Program-made: the position numbers and the translations under genes
Part shown: one piece after another, positions 50,113 to 59,503 of the stretch
Position numbering within the stretch: the stretch's first letter is position 1
Layout of the letters: each line of letters begins with the position of its first letter
Virus record (IMG/VR): IMGVR_UViG_3300047160_019164
Coordinates: 1-64,000 of that record
Length of the DNA stretch: 64,000 nucleotides
From: a virus
Direction: 5' to 3' (one strand)
Notes under the pieces: model-generated
Seen by the model: only the letters and a program-made list of their open reading frames with translations
Told to the model about the DNA's origin: nothing
The model's database searches: none

Positions 50113-50756
50113 TGAGCGGGAAGTTCGTGGTGATAGAGGGTATTGATGGGTCTGGGAAGACGAGCTTGGTGAAGCTGATGGCGGCGGAGCTGCGGAAGCG
50201 TGGGTTCACCGTGCACGAGACGTACGAGCCCACGCACGGTGAGATCGGCGCGTTGGCGCGCAAGGCGTTCAGTGCGGAGTCGAAACACATCGACGACCCG
50301 CTTGCGTGGGCGAAGCAGGAGATGCTCCTCGCGGCCGATCGCATGCACCATCTGTTTGGTGAAGTGAACCCGGCGCTCGAGACGCACGACTACGTCATCT
50401 GCGATCGCTACGTCGGCAGCGGGTACGCGTACGGCATGGCGTCGCGTCCGAATTCCGTCTCCACGTTGAGCGCGCATGGGTTCCTCTGCGGCATGTATGC
50501 GTTCGCGTGGAAGCCGGATTACTGCATCCTCGTCGACGTGCCGATCGAAGTGGCAGTGGAGCGCATGGCCAAGCGCACGGACAAGACGCGCTACGACGTC
50601 GACGTGGAGTTGCTCAAGCGGGTGCGTAGCATCTACAACAGCGAAGCCGCAGAGCATCGGCACTGGTACACCATCCGTTCCGGTGCCATGACGGCCGAGC
50701 AGACATGTCTCGCAGCGCTCGATCGCACGGGCATCGGCCTGCGCAGAACCTCGTAA
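50112..50756 (+). CDS. tmk: Thymidylate (dNMP) kinase
   Basis: FVVIEGIDGSGKT, EP, AADR..H, VICDRY, KPD motifs. Confidence 0.9.
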   Translation: MSGKFVVIEGIDGSGKTSLVKLMAAELRKRGFTVHETYEPTHGEIGALARKAFSAESKHIDDPLAWAKQEMLLAADRMHHLFGEVNPALETHDYVICDRYVGSGYAYGMASRPNSVSTLSAHGFLCGMYAFAWKPDYCILVDVPIEVAVERMAKRTDKTRYDVDVELLKRVRSIYNSEAAEHRHWYTIRSGAMTAEQTCLAALDRTGIGLRRTS

Positions 50757-50863
50757 CCACCGCAAGCGAAAACGTCGGAGTGACGCGAGCGCGGTCCCTA
50801 TAAGGTGGGGACTGTCTGTGGCAGGTCGGGCGCGAAACGGCGCTAGCTAGCGGCCTGCCGCAC

Positions 50864-50995
50864 CGAAAAAGTCCACCGCACGGCGCCGTGCGGTGGACTT
50901 TTTCGTATGAGAATCCCTCACGAAAAAGGAAATCGTCAGGGCTCGGACGATTTCATGTTGCACAGGGATGCAATGCGGCTTATTGTTCTTCTCAC
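50864..50995 (+). promoter_or_regulatory. Promoter cassette copy B (palindrome copy 14 at 50873-50896, extended to 42 bp; sigma70-like promoter)
   Basis: TTGCAC 50958-63, 17-bp spacer, TATTGT 50981-86; cgaaaaagt-core-actttttcg. Confidence 0.85.
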
Positions 50996-51028
50996 GGTGA
51001 ACACGACGGTGACGCAAGGAGGTGTGTG

Positions 51029-51253
51029 ATGGACATGCGACGTAGCCAAGCGGCAAAGGTGCTGGATAGTGTGCGCACGATGTTGGCCCAACGTGAGAGC
51101 CCGGAGAAGATCGAGAGGTATCTGTCGCTCCAGTTTGGCATCGAAGCCCTCGTCAAGTGCAGTGGCGAAGCGCACTCCAACGCGCACATCGACAATTGCG
51201 GTTGCTGTGCGCCGCGGTGGGGTTGGGTGGGCGATACCGTCAACATCAAGTAG
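51029..51253 (+). CDS. Small early hypothetical protein (Cys/His-rich)
   Basis: AAGGAGG RBS; first ORF after the promoter; its stop overlaps the ribozyme. Confidence 0.65.
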   Translation: MDMRRSQAAKVLDSVRTMLAQRESPEKIERYLSLQFGIEALVKCSGEAHSNAHIDNCGCCAPRWGWVGDTVNIK

Positions 51254-51304
51254 GTCGAAACGGGCACCAGCCCGTCCGCACGTGATGCGTGCGCTGACGA
51301 GACC
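51253..51304 (+). ncRNA. Type II hammerhead ribozyme 1
   Basis: GGTC-GAAA-CGGGC(acca)GCCCG-TC-CGCACG(tgatg)CGTGCG-CTGACGA-GACC: complete core, three perfect stems. Confidence 0.93.
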
Positions 51305-51318
51305 AGGAGCAAGTAGCC

Positions 51319-51555
51319 ATGGACACCAGCAAGATCGCGATCGGGGAAGTCGTGAAGGCCACCGCCACCACGTATACGGGCAAGATGTACGGCGGCGGGC
51401 TCATCGCCGGGCAGCTCTACAAGGTGGTTGATATGAGTCACCTACGCTGTACGTTCGGCGGTCACACCACGTTGTTCGTGCGCTCCGTCGACCGCAGCAT
51501 CGACCGCGGCATCATTCCGGTGCGGAACGCGCACCTGGTGTTGGAGGTGGCGTGA
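51319..51555 (+). CDS. Small hypothetical protein between the ribozymes
   Basis: AGGAG RBS immediately after ribozyme 1. Confidence 0.65.
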   Translation: MDTSKIAIGEVVKATATTYTGKMYGGGLIAGQLYKVVDMSHLRCTFGGHTTLFVRSVDRSIDRGIIPVRNAHLVLEVA

Positions 51556-51836
51556 TGATCAACCGTTATACGGTCGAGAACGCGGTGGTCGTTGCCAGCC
51601 TGCTCACGGAGCAGGGCTTCTTCGCGCATGTCTACTCGGACCAGGAGTCGGTCGTTTGCACCGATGCGCCAGTAGCTAAGGTGCAAACGACCGAGCGCAA
51701 GGCGTTCGAGCCGATCGAAGTGGCGTACTACACCGGGACGTGGAAGCGGCAGGTGTGCAAGACGCCCGCATCGTTCCGCAAGCTGGTGGACCGTTGCATC
51801 GACGAGGGCTGGGAAACGCGTACGCGCAAGGCGTGA
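51555..51836 (+). CDS. Small hypothetical protein between the ribozymes
   Basis: GGAGG RBS, TGATG overlap. Confidence 0.65.
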   Translation: MINRYTVENAVVVASLLTEQGFFAHVYSDQESVVCTDAPVAKVQTTERKAFEPIEVAYYTGTWKRQVCKTPASFRKLVDRCIDEGWETRTRKA

Positions 51837-51840
51837 TGTA

Positions 51841-51902
51841 GGTCGAAACCACCGCACGGCGCCGTGCGGTGGTCCGGGCGTAAGGCGCCCGCTGACGAGA
51901 CC
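51841..51902 (+). ncRNA. Type II hammerhead ribozyme 2; stem III is palindrome copy 15 (51849-51872)
   Basis: GGTC-GAAA-[CCACCGCACGGCGCCGTGCGGTGG]-TC-CGGGCG(taagg)CGCCCG-CTGACGA-GACC. Confidence 0.93.
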
Positions 51903-51919
51903 ACGAGGAGCAAGCCGAC

Positions 51920-52291
51920 ATGAGGACCACGAGCTTCCACGGCCACGCGCTCAACCTCCCGGCCGGCCGACTCGGCCGCACTCAGCGCTACGCGCTGGAG
52001 CACATCTACGAAGAGGGACAGGACTCGACCGATCGTGCCCTCCACCTCCACGGTCGGGCAGCGCGCTACGCTAGCCGCTACGCCACCGCGCTCGCGAACA
52101 TCGTCGACGCGAACCCGCACCTCTTCGCCGGCGGTCCGTTCGGACCGCGCGGCGGCCGCGGGTACAAGTGGATTTGGCACGGACCGATCCAGGCACCCCG
52201 GTGCACCGCGCACGAGGACTGCCGCGCGTGCGTCGACGTCGCGCTCGCGTGCGATCAAGAAGCCACGCGGCATAACCCAAACAAGCGCTGA
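51920..52291 (+). CDS. Hypothetical protein
   Basis: GAGGAG RBS after ribozyme 2. Confidence 0.6.
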   Translation: MRTTSFHGHALNLPAGRLGRTQRYALEHIYEEGQDSTDRALHLHGRAARYASRYATALANIVDANPHLFAGGPFGPRGGRGYKWIWHGPIQAPRCTAHEDCRACVDVALACDQEATRHNPNKR

Positions 52292-52319
52292 GGCGCAGCA
52301 ACCCAAAGGAGCACAGAAG

Positions 52320-53276
52320 ATGCCCACCAAGAAGCCGTTCGATCGTGACAAGTGGCTCGAGGAGAAGCGCGCCAAGGTGCAGGACGCGAAGGAGATGCTG
52401 GAGACTGGGCTCACTGCACTGCGCACCAGCGACGAGTGGAAAGCGTGCATGACTGCCATCGCGAAGAACGCGCGCCTGCGTTACAGCGTTACCCGCTACA
52501 GTTTCGGAAACCAGATGATGCTCGCCTGTCAGTGCGCTGGTGCGAACCGACCGCAGCCCACGAGCGTCGCTACCTTCAAGGCGTGGCAGCGCGTCGGTCG
52601 CAGCGTGAAGAAGGGCGAGAAGGGGATGTTCATCCTCACGCCGAAGCCCTGGAAGCGCGAGGAGAAGCAAAGCGACGGCACCTCCAAGGAGCTGCGCGGC
52701 ATGTCGTTCGGCGTGGCGCACGTGTTCGACATCGCGCAGACCGAAGGTGACGAGCTGCCTGTACCGCCGCGCGTGACGGTGGACATCGAAGATGCCGCCA
52801 CCTTCAGCGCGGACGTGGAGACGCTGCGCGAAGTGGCGCTCGCCATCGACGGCGAACCGGTGAGCGATATCGAGATCCGTGCCAACCAACCGGGCGACCC
52901 GACCAACGCGCAAGGCTGGTACGTCATCTCCACCAAGGCGATCGTCGTGGTGGAGCACCGCAGCCGCGCTCACATGTTCAAGACGCTCGTCCACGAGGTG
53001 GCGCACGCGTTGCTCCATCCCAAGGGCGACCACCACTCTACGCCCGAGCGCGAGGTCGAAGCTGAATCGACGGCGTTCATCGTCTGCCAGGTGCTCGGTC
53101 TCAGTACCGACGCCTTTAGCTTCCCGTACGTCGAGTCGTGGGCGCAGCGCGCGAGCTGCACGTCGAACGACATGATCGCCAAGTGCGGCGACCGCATCAC
53201 CAAGGCGTCGCATACCATCTTGGATGCGCTCCTCGGCAAGCAAGTCGAAGAGCCCAACGAGGAAGAGGCTGCGTAA
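52320..53276 (+). CDS. ArdC-like antirestriction / ssDNA-binding protein with metallopeptidase domain
   Basis: YSFGNQMML, ATFKAWQRVGRSVKKGEKG, VFDIAQTEG, HEVAH, EVEAES.A. Confidence 0.85.
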   Translation: MPTKKPFDRDKWLEEKRAKVQDAKEMLETGLTALRTSDEWKACMTAIAKNARLRYSVTRYSFGNQMMLACQCAGANRPQPTSVATFKAWQRVGRSVKKGEKGMFILTPKPWKREEKQSDGTSKELRGMSFGVAHVFDIAQTEGDELPVPPRVTVDIEDAATFSADVETLREVALAIDGEPVSDIEIRANQPGDPTNAQGWYVISTKAIVVVEHRSRAHMFKTLVHEVAHALLHPKGDHHSTPEREVEAESTAFIVCQVLGLSTDAFSFPYVESWAQRASCTSNDMIAKCGDRITKASHTILDALLGKQVEEPNEEEAA

Positions 53277-55984
53277 TGGCTCGCTGGTCGCTCAAGCGGC
53301 TCAAGGAGCACGGCTTCGATAAGAGCACGAGTGACCGCGTTGGACGTCTCACGGTGGGCTGCTCGCAGTGCGCCGTGAGCGTCATCAACGGCACTCCGTG
53401 CCACGAACACGACTGCCCTAATTGGGTGCGGCGTAACAAGCTCGGACAGGAAGTGGAGGACTAGATGGCCACCGACATCGAAGAGGTCGACGAGAATCGT
53501 TTGGAGACGTGGATCTTGCGCTTCAAGAAACACCGCATCCTTGCGCGCCAAGGCTCCTACGAAGCGCGCAAGTTCTACGAGCGCATGGCGCGTCGCGACG
53601 AGATCATGATTCGCACCTTCATGGCGGAAGCGTCGTGAAGCCGGTCCAGATCGGCGAAGAAGACTATCACGACCATGTCGAAGGGAGTGACGGTATCTGC
53701 CTGAGCTGTGGCGAGTGGAAGTACGGTGACTGCGAGCCCGACGCCGAGAACTACAGGTGCGACGAGTGCGGTGCGATGGAGGTGATGGGCGTCGAGATGG
53801 CGATGGTGGCCGGTCACATTCAACTAGTCGAAGATGACTCGTGAAGCCCGTGGGTGAAGGAGCGAGTGATGGTGGTGCGCGAATTCAAAGAGCTGCACGA
53901 GGGCTTCGTCTTCTACAAGTGGATGAGCGTGGCGGTCGCCAATCGCCGCATCAAGTGGCAATGGGTCAAGCACGAAGTGCGCGCACGCTTCGACCCTGAA
54001 GAAGTGCCCTGGGAGAAGGGTCAACCGCCGGTCATCTCGCACCACGTGGTGTACCGCTACTGGTCTCCCAAGCGTGGATGGCACTACGAGCATGACGAGG
54101 AGTGGCTGATGTCGGTCAACACCATGATGAGTCTCTCGGCCTTCAAGCCGGGGAAGGACCCGTGGGGGAAGGACTTGGACAAGTGAAGATCATGTTTCAT
54201 CCCAACAAAGGTCCGGCGCGCAAAGCCAAGCTTCCTTACACCGATGCGGACTACTGTGTTGTCGATGGTGAGTGCCCTTACTGCAAAGCGATGCCATTCC
54301 ACGCCGCAGGTGTGAAGGGCACGATGGTGAAGGGGCACGCCACGCTCACGAGTGATGCCGGTTGTATCGGCTGCAAGGTCGTCACTGGCAAGTTGGTCGT
54401 GAAGGTCAACACGCTGTTTGGTATCGAAGAAGACGAACGTGTCATGCGCAGTGGAGTGAGGATCTACTGATGAAGCACACACTCAAGGTCAAAGACCTCA
54501 ACAACCTCCGGCTATCGGAAGCCACGATGGCTGTGTGCGATGCGGCCGAGAAGCTCAAGCAAGCGGCACGCACCTACGCGGATAAGGTTCCCAAGAACGA
54601 ACCGAGCGGGTTGCCCTCAAACGTCGACTTCGTTGACCAAAGCCCCGAAGGGAAAGCATTGGAGGCTGCGGCGCGTGACTTCTCGCTCTGGTACGACGCA
54701 CTGGCGCACGTGAAGGTGCGGGAGAAGCTCTGATGGCACGCAAGATCGCGGTCATATCACCGGCACTGGTCGATATCCTTCAAGACCCCGGTCGCCAGCG
54801 TGAGTCGCTCGTCGGCCCACTGTGGGATGCGATGAGCCTCGGTTGGTGCACGTGTCACACGTTCCGAATCGCTGGTAATGATTGGATCGCGGTGTTGACG
54901 AAGAAGGGCATCGCGGCACGTAGCCAGCACGTACAGGACAAGACCATCTTACTCTCGAAGTCGTGGCACTTCGTGAAGCAACCCAATGGGCTCCTCGCAT
55001 GGTGGTCAGACGCGACCGCCACTTTCGAAGAATTCAACATCGGTGTGCAGGAAGCCGAGGAATACGCCTGCGAGCAGGTGTCGCTTTCGCGCAGCATCGG
55101 CAAGCGCGTAAGCACTGTGATGCTCCAAGAGGCGCTCGACGACGTCCTACGTGGCTTTCCCTTCCAAGAGGCCAGAATCGAGAGCAAAGACGGGTTGGTG
55201 CGTTGGCGGAATTGCCTGCGGCTCATGCGAGGCATTCACGGTTTCGAACACGTACGTAGAGCAGAAGAACAAGCTCGATGAGCTTCCTTGCCTATTGTTG
55301 TGACGCTCGCCAGGTGCCCGAAGTGTTTTCTACACGAGCGGCGGCAGAGGCGTACTTGCGGCAGTGGGCTTGCTATCCCGATCCTGGTCGAATTGTTGAG
55401 GAATGCCCGATGACTTGGCGCTTTCATACAACGTGTGTGCAGAGTGATTACCTGTCTATTACGACCATGCAGGATAAGGCGGTGTCGATTACGTATCGCA
55501 CCATGCGCAGGAAGCTCGGTAAGGTGCTCACTGACGTGGAAGAGATGTTGGGCTACGACACGGGTCGTGGGAAGCGTGGGCTGCGAATGAAGAACGACTT
55601 CGCCGTGTCGTTCTACAAGTCCACCTACCAGGGGAAGCCGTGCTTGTACTTCGTGTGGTCGCACATCGAGCACATCTTCTTGGAGGATTGAGGCATGGCA
55701 ACGCGGACGTACATGCGCGGGGGAGAGGTCGTCACCTTCGAGACCAAGGTGCTGTTCAGCACCACGTACATCGACATGAGCGGCCTTCGCGTCCTCACGC
55801 ACGCGCGCCAAGGCCGTTACATGCAGCCGACGCGTGAAGCGGCCGAAGAGGCGCTCAAGAACCTCCTCGAGAACAACACGGAGCAGCGGCTCGCCGACAT
55901 CTACGGTCCGCAGTCCATCGGTACCTTCCGTGTCGACGCGTTCGAGTGTTACGAGCACGGCGACCCTATTCACCTCTTGGAGAA

Positions 55985-56062
55985 GCCGTGAGCGACCTGG
56001 ACGAAGACCCGCGCCACCGCATCGCCGTGAGCGACCTGGACGAAGACCCGCGCCACCGCATC
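55985..56062 (+). repeat. 39-bp tandem duplication
   Basis: GCCGTGAGCGACCTGGACGAAGACCCGCGCCACCGCATC twice. Confidence 0.9.
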
Positions 56063-56300
56063 GTCATCGACGGCGTGGCCTACAGCGGCAAGAAGCTCGC
56101 CGTCTATGCGTACGCGCTAGCGCTCAAGGTGTCGGTCGAAGCGGCAGCTTTGGTCGCCGTCTACATGGACCTTCTGGTGCTCTACGACGTGTCGGTGTTC
56201 CCGCCGCAACGAGCCACGTTGCGCGCCACCCTGTTCGGCCCACGCAACGAAAGGTGTGCCTGATGCGCAAGCGACTCGTCGAGACCCCCTTCGGCAGCTC

Positions 56301-56324
56301 CGACCGCACGGCGCCGTGCGGTGG
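56301..56324. repeat. Palindrome copy 16 (23/24, inside ORF 56263, DRTAPCGG)
   Basis: 20-bp core intact. Confidence 0.95.
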
Positions 56325-57145
56325 GGAACCGGCCACGCCAGGACTCCGCAAACGCGTCCAGACGCACGAACCGCCCGTTGCTCCGGCCAACGCCCAAAGA
56401 CGCGCCACGGAGGCAGCTATGGGGGGCGCGCTGGCCGATATCGATGCCGACATCGTGCGGCTTAGGGACCAGCTCGGCGTCGGGTTCGCCATCACGGTGG
56501 TGGCGCCCATCAACGCGCCAGGGTTCGAGACGTGTCGTATCGGCTTGAGCTGGCACCGGCTCAGCGCGTTGCAGGCGCACCTCCCTACGGCCACGCGCAT
56601 CACCTTCGTGTCCACGCTGCGCGCGGGACTCGACTACATGTTCGAGTACGAGAAGCGCGTGGACCGCGACGGCGAAGAGGCGACGCACCGTTGGCACCTA
56701 GAACAGCGCACCATCCGCGAGAAGGAGATGGACCGCCTCATCGAAGAGGTGAGGAAGGTGCGTGCGCGATGAGCAGCCCCATCACCATCGATCATTCCAA
56801 GCGCACCACTCCGTGCAACCCGACGTGCCAGCACCCGCTCTGTAAGTGGCTCATGAAGGAGCAACGTATGCAGAAGGCACGGGCACTCGCGGAGCGGATC
56901 AAGAGCGTGAATCTGTACTGCGAACCGGGTGACCACTTCGACAATTCAGTTTCAGCCATCTACATGTGCGTCGACGCGTTGGTGAAGCTCGTCGAGGAGA
57001 GCTAGCGATTGGTCAAGCCGGTAAGTGGGATGACGTCGGTGATCGCCGATCCTGTACATGAATGGTCGAGTAGCCAATGATGACCGAGACGAAACGTCGT
57101 GAGCTCGCGAAGCGGGTGGAGAACGATGTACGCGCGTCCTTCTCG

Positions 57146-57928
57146 ATGAAGATCGGCTCCCTCTTCTCAGGCATCGGCGGCTTTGAGCTTGGCCTTGAGC
57201 GTGCCGGTCTCGGGAAGGTCGTCTACCAGGTCGAGATCGATCCGTTCCGTCGCGAGATCCTCGCGCGTCACTGGCCGAACGTGCGGAGGTACGTCGATGT
57301 CGAAAAGGTCGAGAAGGATGTCGGAAGCGAAGGATACGGGATCGGCTCCCTCCCCCGCGTTGACGTCGTCTGTGGAGGTTTCCCTTGCCAGGACGTTTCG
57401 TCCGCGAACGTCCGTTCCCGGAAGCGTCTCGACGGACGAAAGAGTGGGCTCTGGAGAGAGTTTTTCCGCGTCATCCTCCGTCTCTGCGACCCGAACGTCC
57501 ACGGAGGCTTTCGCCGGCCGATCTTCATCTTCGTCGAGAATGTCGGCTCGACGTGGCGTGACTGGTTGCCCGTCGTGCGGGGCGACCTTGGACGACTCGG
57601 GTACACCAGCCTGCCTCTACGCCTGTCCCCCGCGACTCTCGGCGCACCTCACCACCGAGATCGAGTCTTCGTCGTCGCGTGCTCGTTGGCCGACGCCGAC
57701 GCGGAAAGCGAATTGCTTCGCACCGTCGATGCGGAAGTGGCCCGCATACAGGCGGATGCAGGACGACTTGAGAGTCACTGGAGGAAGCCCTTCGCCGGCC
57801 CTGTTCGAGTGGATGATGGGGTTTCCCGACGGATGGACCGCGTAGCGGCCCTCGGCGACTCCGTCGTCCCTCAGGTGGCCGAGATGCTAGGGCGCGCCGT
57901 TGTGACTTCTTTCGCGATGTTACGATGA
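57146..57928 (+). CDS. C5-cytosine DNA methyltransferase, large subunit
   Basis: LFSGIGG, GGFPCQD, ENV, HHRDRVF, motif X ALGDSVVPQV; no motif IX seen in this frame. Confidence 0.92.
   Translation: MKIGSLFSGIGGFELGLERAGLGKVVYQVEIDPFRREILARHWPNVRRYVDVEKVEKDVGSEGYGIGSLPRVDVVCGGFPCQDVSSANVRSRKRLDGRKSGLWREFFRVILRLCDPNVHGGFRRPIFIFVENVGSTWRDWLPVVRGDLGRLGYTSLPLRLSPATLGAPHHRDRVFVVACSLADADAESELLRTVDAEVARIQADAGRLESHWRKPFAGPVRVDDGVSRRMDRVAALGDSVVPQVAEMLGRAVVTSFAMLR
57318..57845 (+). CDS. Nested alternative-frame small subunit of the C5-methyltransferase
   Basis: GAGAAGG RBS + ATG; WPTP and motif-IX-like P...EWMMGFPDGWT. Confidence 0.75.
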   Translation: MSEAKDTGSAPSPALTSSVEVSLARTFRPRTSVPGSVSTDERVGSGESFSASSSVSATRTSTEAFAGRSSSSSRMSARRGVTGCPSCGATLDDSGTPACLYACPPRLSAHLTTEIESSSSRARWPTPTRKANCFAPSMRKWPAYRRMQDDLRVTGGSPSPALFEWMMGFPDGWTA

Positions 57929-57932
57929 CCGC

Positions 57933-58785
57933 ATGCGCCCCGGCATCCGACGATGCATGACCGTCATCGCACTCCTCCCGCTTCTCGTCGCAATGACTGG
58001 TGTGCTCACGTACGCGCTCGCGTCCAACACCAAGATCGCAGACATCGGACGCATCGCGTTCGCCTGCGGCCTTCTGGCGTTTCTGCTCATTTCCGGGCCC
58101 TCGCTCGGTGTGGTGCACGTGCGCTAGACTCGTCTGCATGTCGGACGTGTCGGTCATCAAGTACGTGGCACGCGCGAAGTGGGGCGGGCGCTCGTGGAAG
58201 AAGAAGTTCGCGTCTAACTCCGACGCGAACACCGAGATGGCGAAGCAACGCGCCTACCCGAACCCGAAGTTGGAGCGCGTGTACCAGCTCTACAACGCAC
58301 CGGGTGATGTGACGTACGACCTATGGATTCGCGGTAGCTGAGCGTGGTCGCGGCATAACCTGCCGTATGCAATCGCTCTTCCAGAACCCATTCCCAGTGG
58401 ACCGTCACGTGCAGGTGTACCCGTGAGCGGCGACAAGAAGTGCAAGGGTGTGGAGCACATCACCATCCATGGTGCGCTACCCAAGCGGGTCGAGCGCTCG
58501 GACGGGGTGGGTGAGTTGACCTGGGAAGACATGAAGATCACGTGGGCGGTCTACCCACCGCGTGAGGTGCAGAAGTCTGCGGCCGAGAAGCCCATGCTCG
58601 TGCGACCCATTCGCATCAAGTGTGTATTTACACACGACGATGACGAAGAGTACGAGGCCATGGGTGAGCACTTCATGGACGCCATCGCCTTCGCGCGCAT
58701 CGCGAAGGAGGATTGGCCGGCCAAGTGCGTCGAGCTAGCCAAAGCTACTGTGAAGAGCGCCATCGAGTCGCAGCGGATGAACTGA
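57933..58785 (+). other. Three small hypothetical ORFs (57933-58127 membrane-like, 58138-58341, 58423-58785)
   Basis: ORF tiling; two hydrophobic segments in the first. Confidence 0.5.
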
Positions 58786-58875
58786 TGAAGCGCAAGGACG
58801 GGCGGCAAGAGACGGAGATATCGACCGCTCATCCCCGACAATGAAGACGTCGCGGCGGCGCTCTTCTACGGTGCA

Positions 58876-59502
58876 TTGGCGCTGGTGAAGTTGGCAGAGT
58901 CCGACCCCGATATGAAGGCGCTCGATATTCTCGAGAAGGTCATGAAGTCAGAGACGAAACGGCGCGAGACTGCGCAGGAAGAGAAGCCCGTGGACAAGTT
59001 CTCGTACAAACAATTGCAAGAAGAGCAACGTGTGTGGGTCGCTCACAACTTCCCTGGTCGTAAATCGCACCAACCGCTCCTCGGTATCTTCGAGGAATTC
59101 GGTGAGCTGGAAGTGGCGCTCAACGACGCCAACGCCGAAGAGATCGCCGACGCACTCGCCGACATCACGATCTTCTCGTCCGACTTCGCGAGTGCGATGG
59201 GGTGGGACTTCGAAGCGGTCATGGCTGAAGTGGACGCGGCGCCGTGCTCGTTGCTGCCGTCGAAGTTGATTCGAACGTTCGGGCAGCTCTCGCACGCCTT
59301 GCTCAAGATGGAGCAAGGCATTCGCAAGAGTGAAGACCACAACGGCAACGCGCGTCGGATGTTGGTGGAATTGCTCCAACACGTGCGCATGGCGAGTGAC
59401 TACAACCAATTCCCATCACTTCTCGATCTCGTCGAGGTCACGTGGTCGCGTGTGCGGAAGCGCGACTGGAAGAAGGACGCAGTACACGCCGGCGAGGTGT
59501 AG
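58876..59502 (+). CDS. MazG-like NTP pyrophosphohydrolase (start uncertain)
   Basis: W..HNF...LLGIFEEFGEL...IADALADITIF; C-terminal V.KRDW. Confidence 0.75.
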   Translation: MALVKLAESDPDMKALDILEKVMKSETKRRETAQEEKPVDKFSYKQLQEEQRVWVAHNFPGRKSHQPLLGIFEEFGELEVALNDANAEEIADALADITIFSSDFASAMGWDFEAVMAEVDAAPCSLLPSKLIRTFGQLSHALLKMEQGIRKSEDHNGNARRMLVELLQHVRMASDYNQFPSLLDLVEVTWSRVRKRDWKKDAVHAGEV

Positions 59503-59503
59503 A

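Larger units (their letters stand above)
53276..57005 (+). other. Run of about 12 small hypothetical ORFs (starts 53276, 53465, 53635, 53854, 54183, 54470, 54733, 55278, 55695, 55988, 56263, 56769)
   Basis: Tightly tiled, several with CxxC pairs; typical phage early region. Confidence 0.55.

Noticed and set aside
3447-53243. Long minus-strand and alternate-frame ORFs (e.g. 3447-5123, 11533-13356, 14731-16647, 35089-36828)
   Set aside because: Shadow ORFs of high-GC genes with no recognisable motifs. Only the nested methyltransferase frame and the chaperone frameshift had support.
43000-59502. 2-aminoadenine (Z) genome pathway from HD nucleotidase plus MazG-like gene
   Set aside because: No PurZ/PurA-like gene in the window, the two genes are unlinked, and both families are common in phages.
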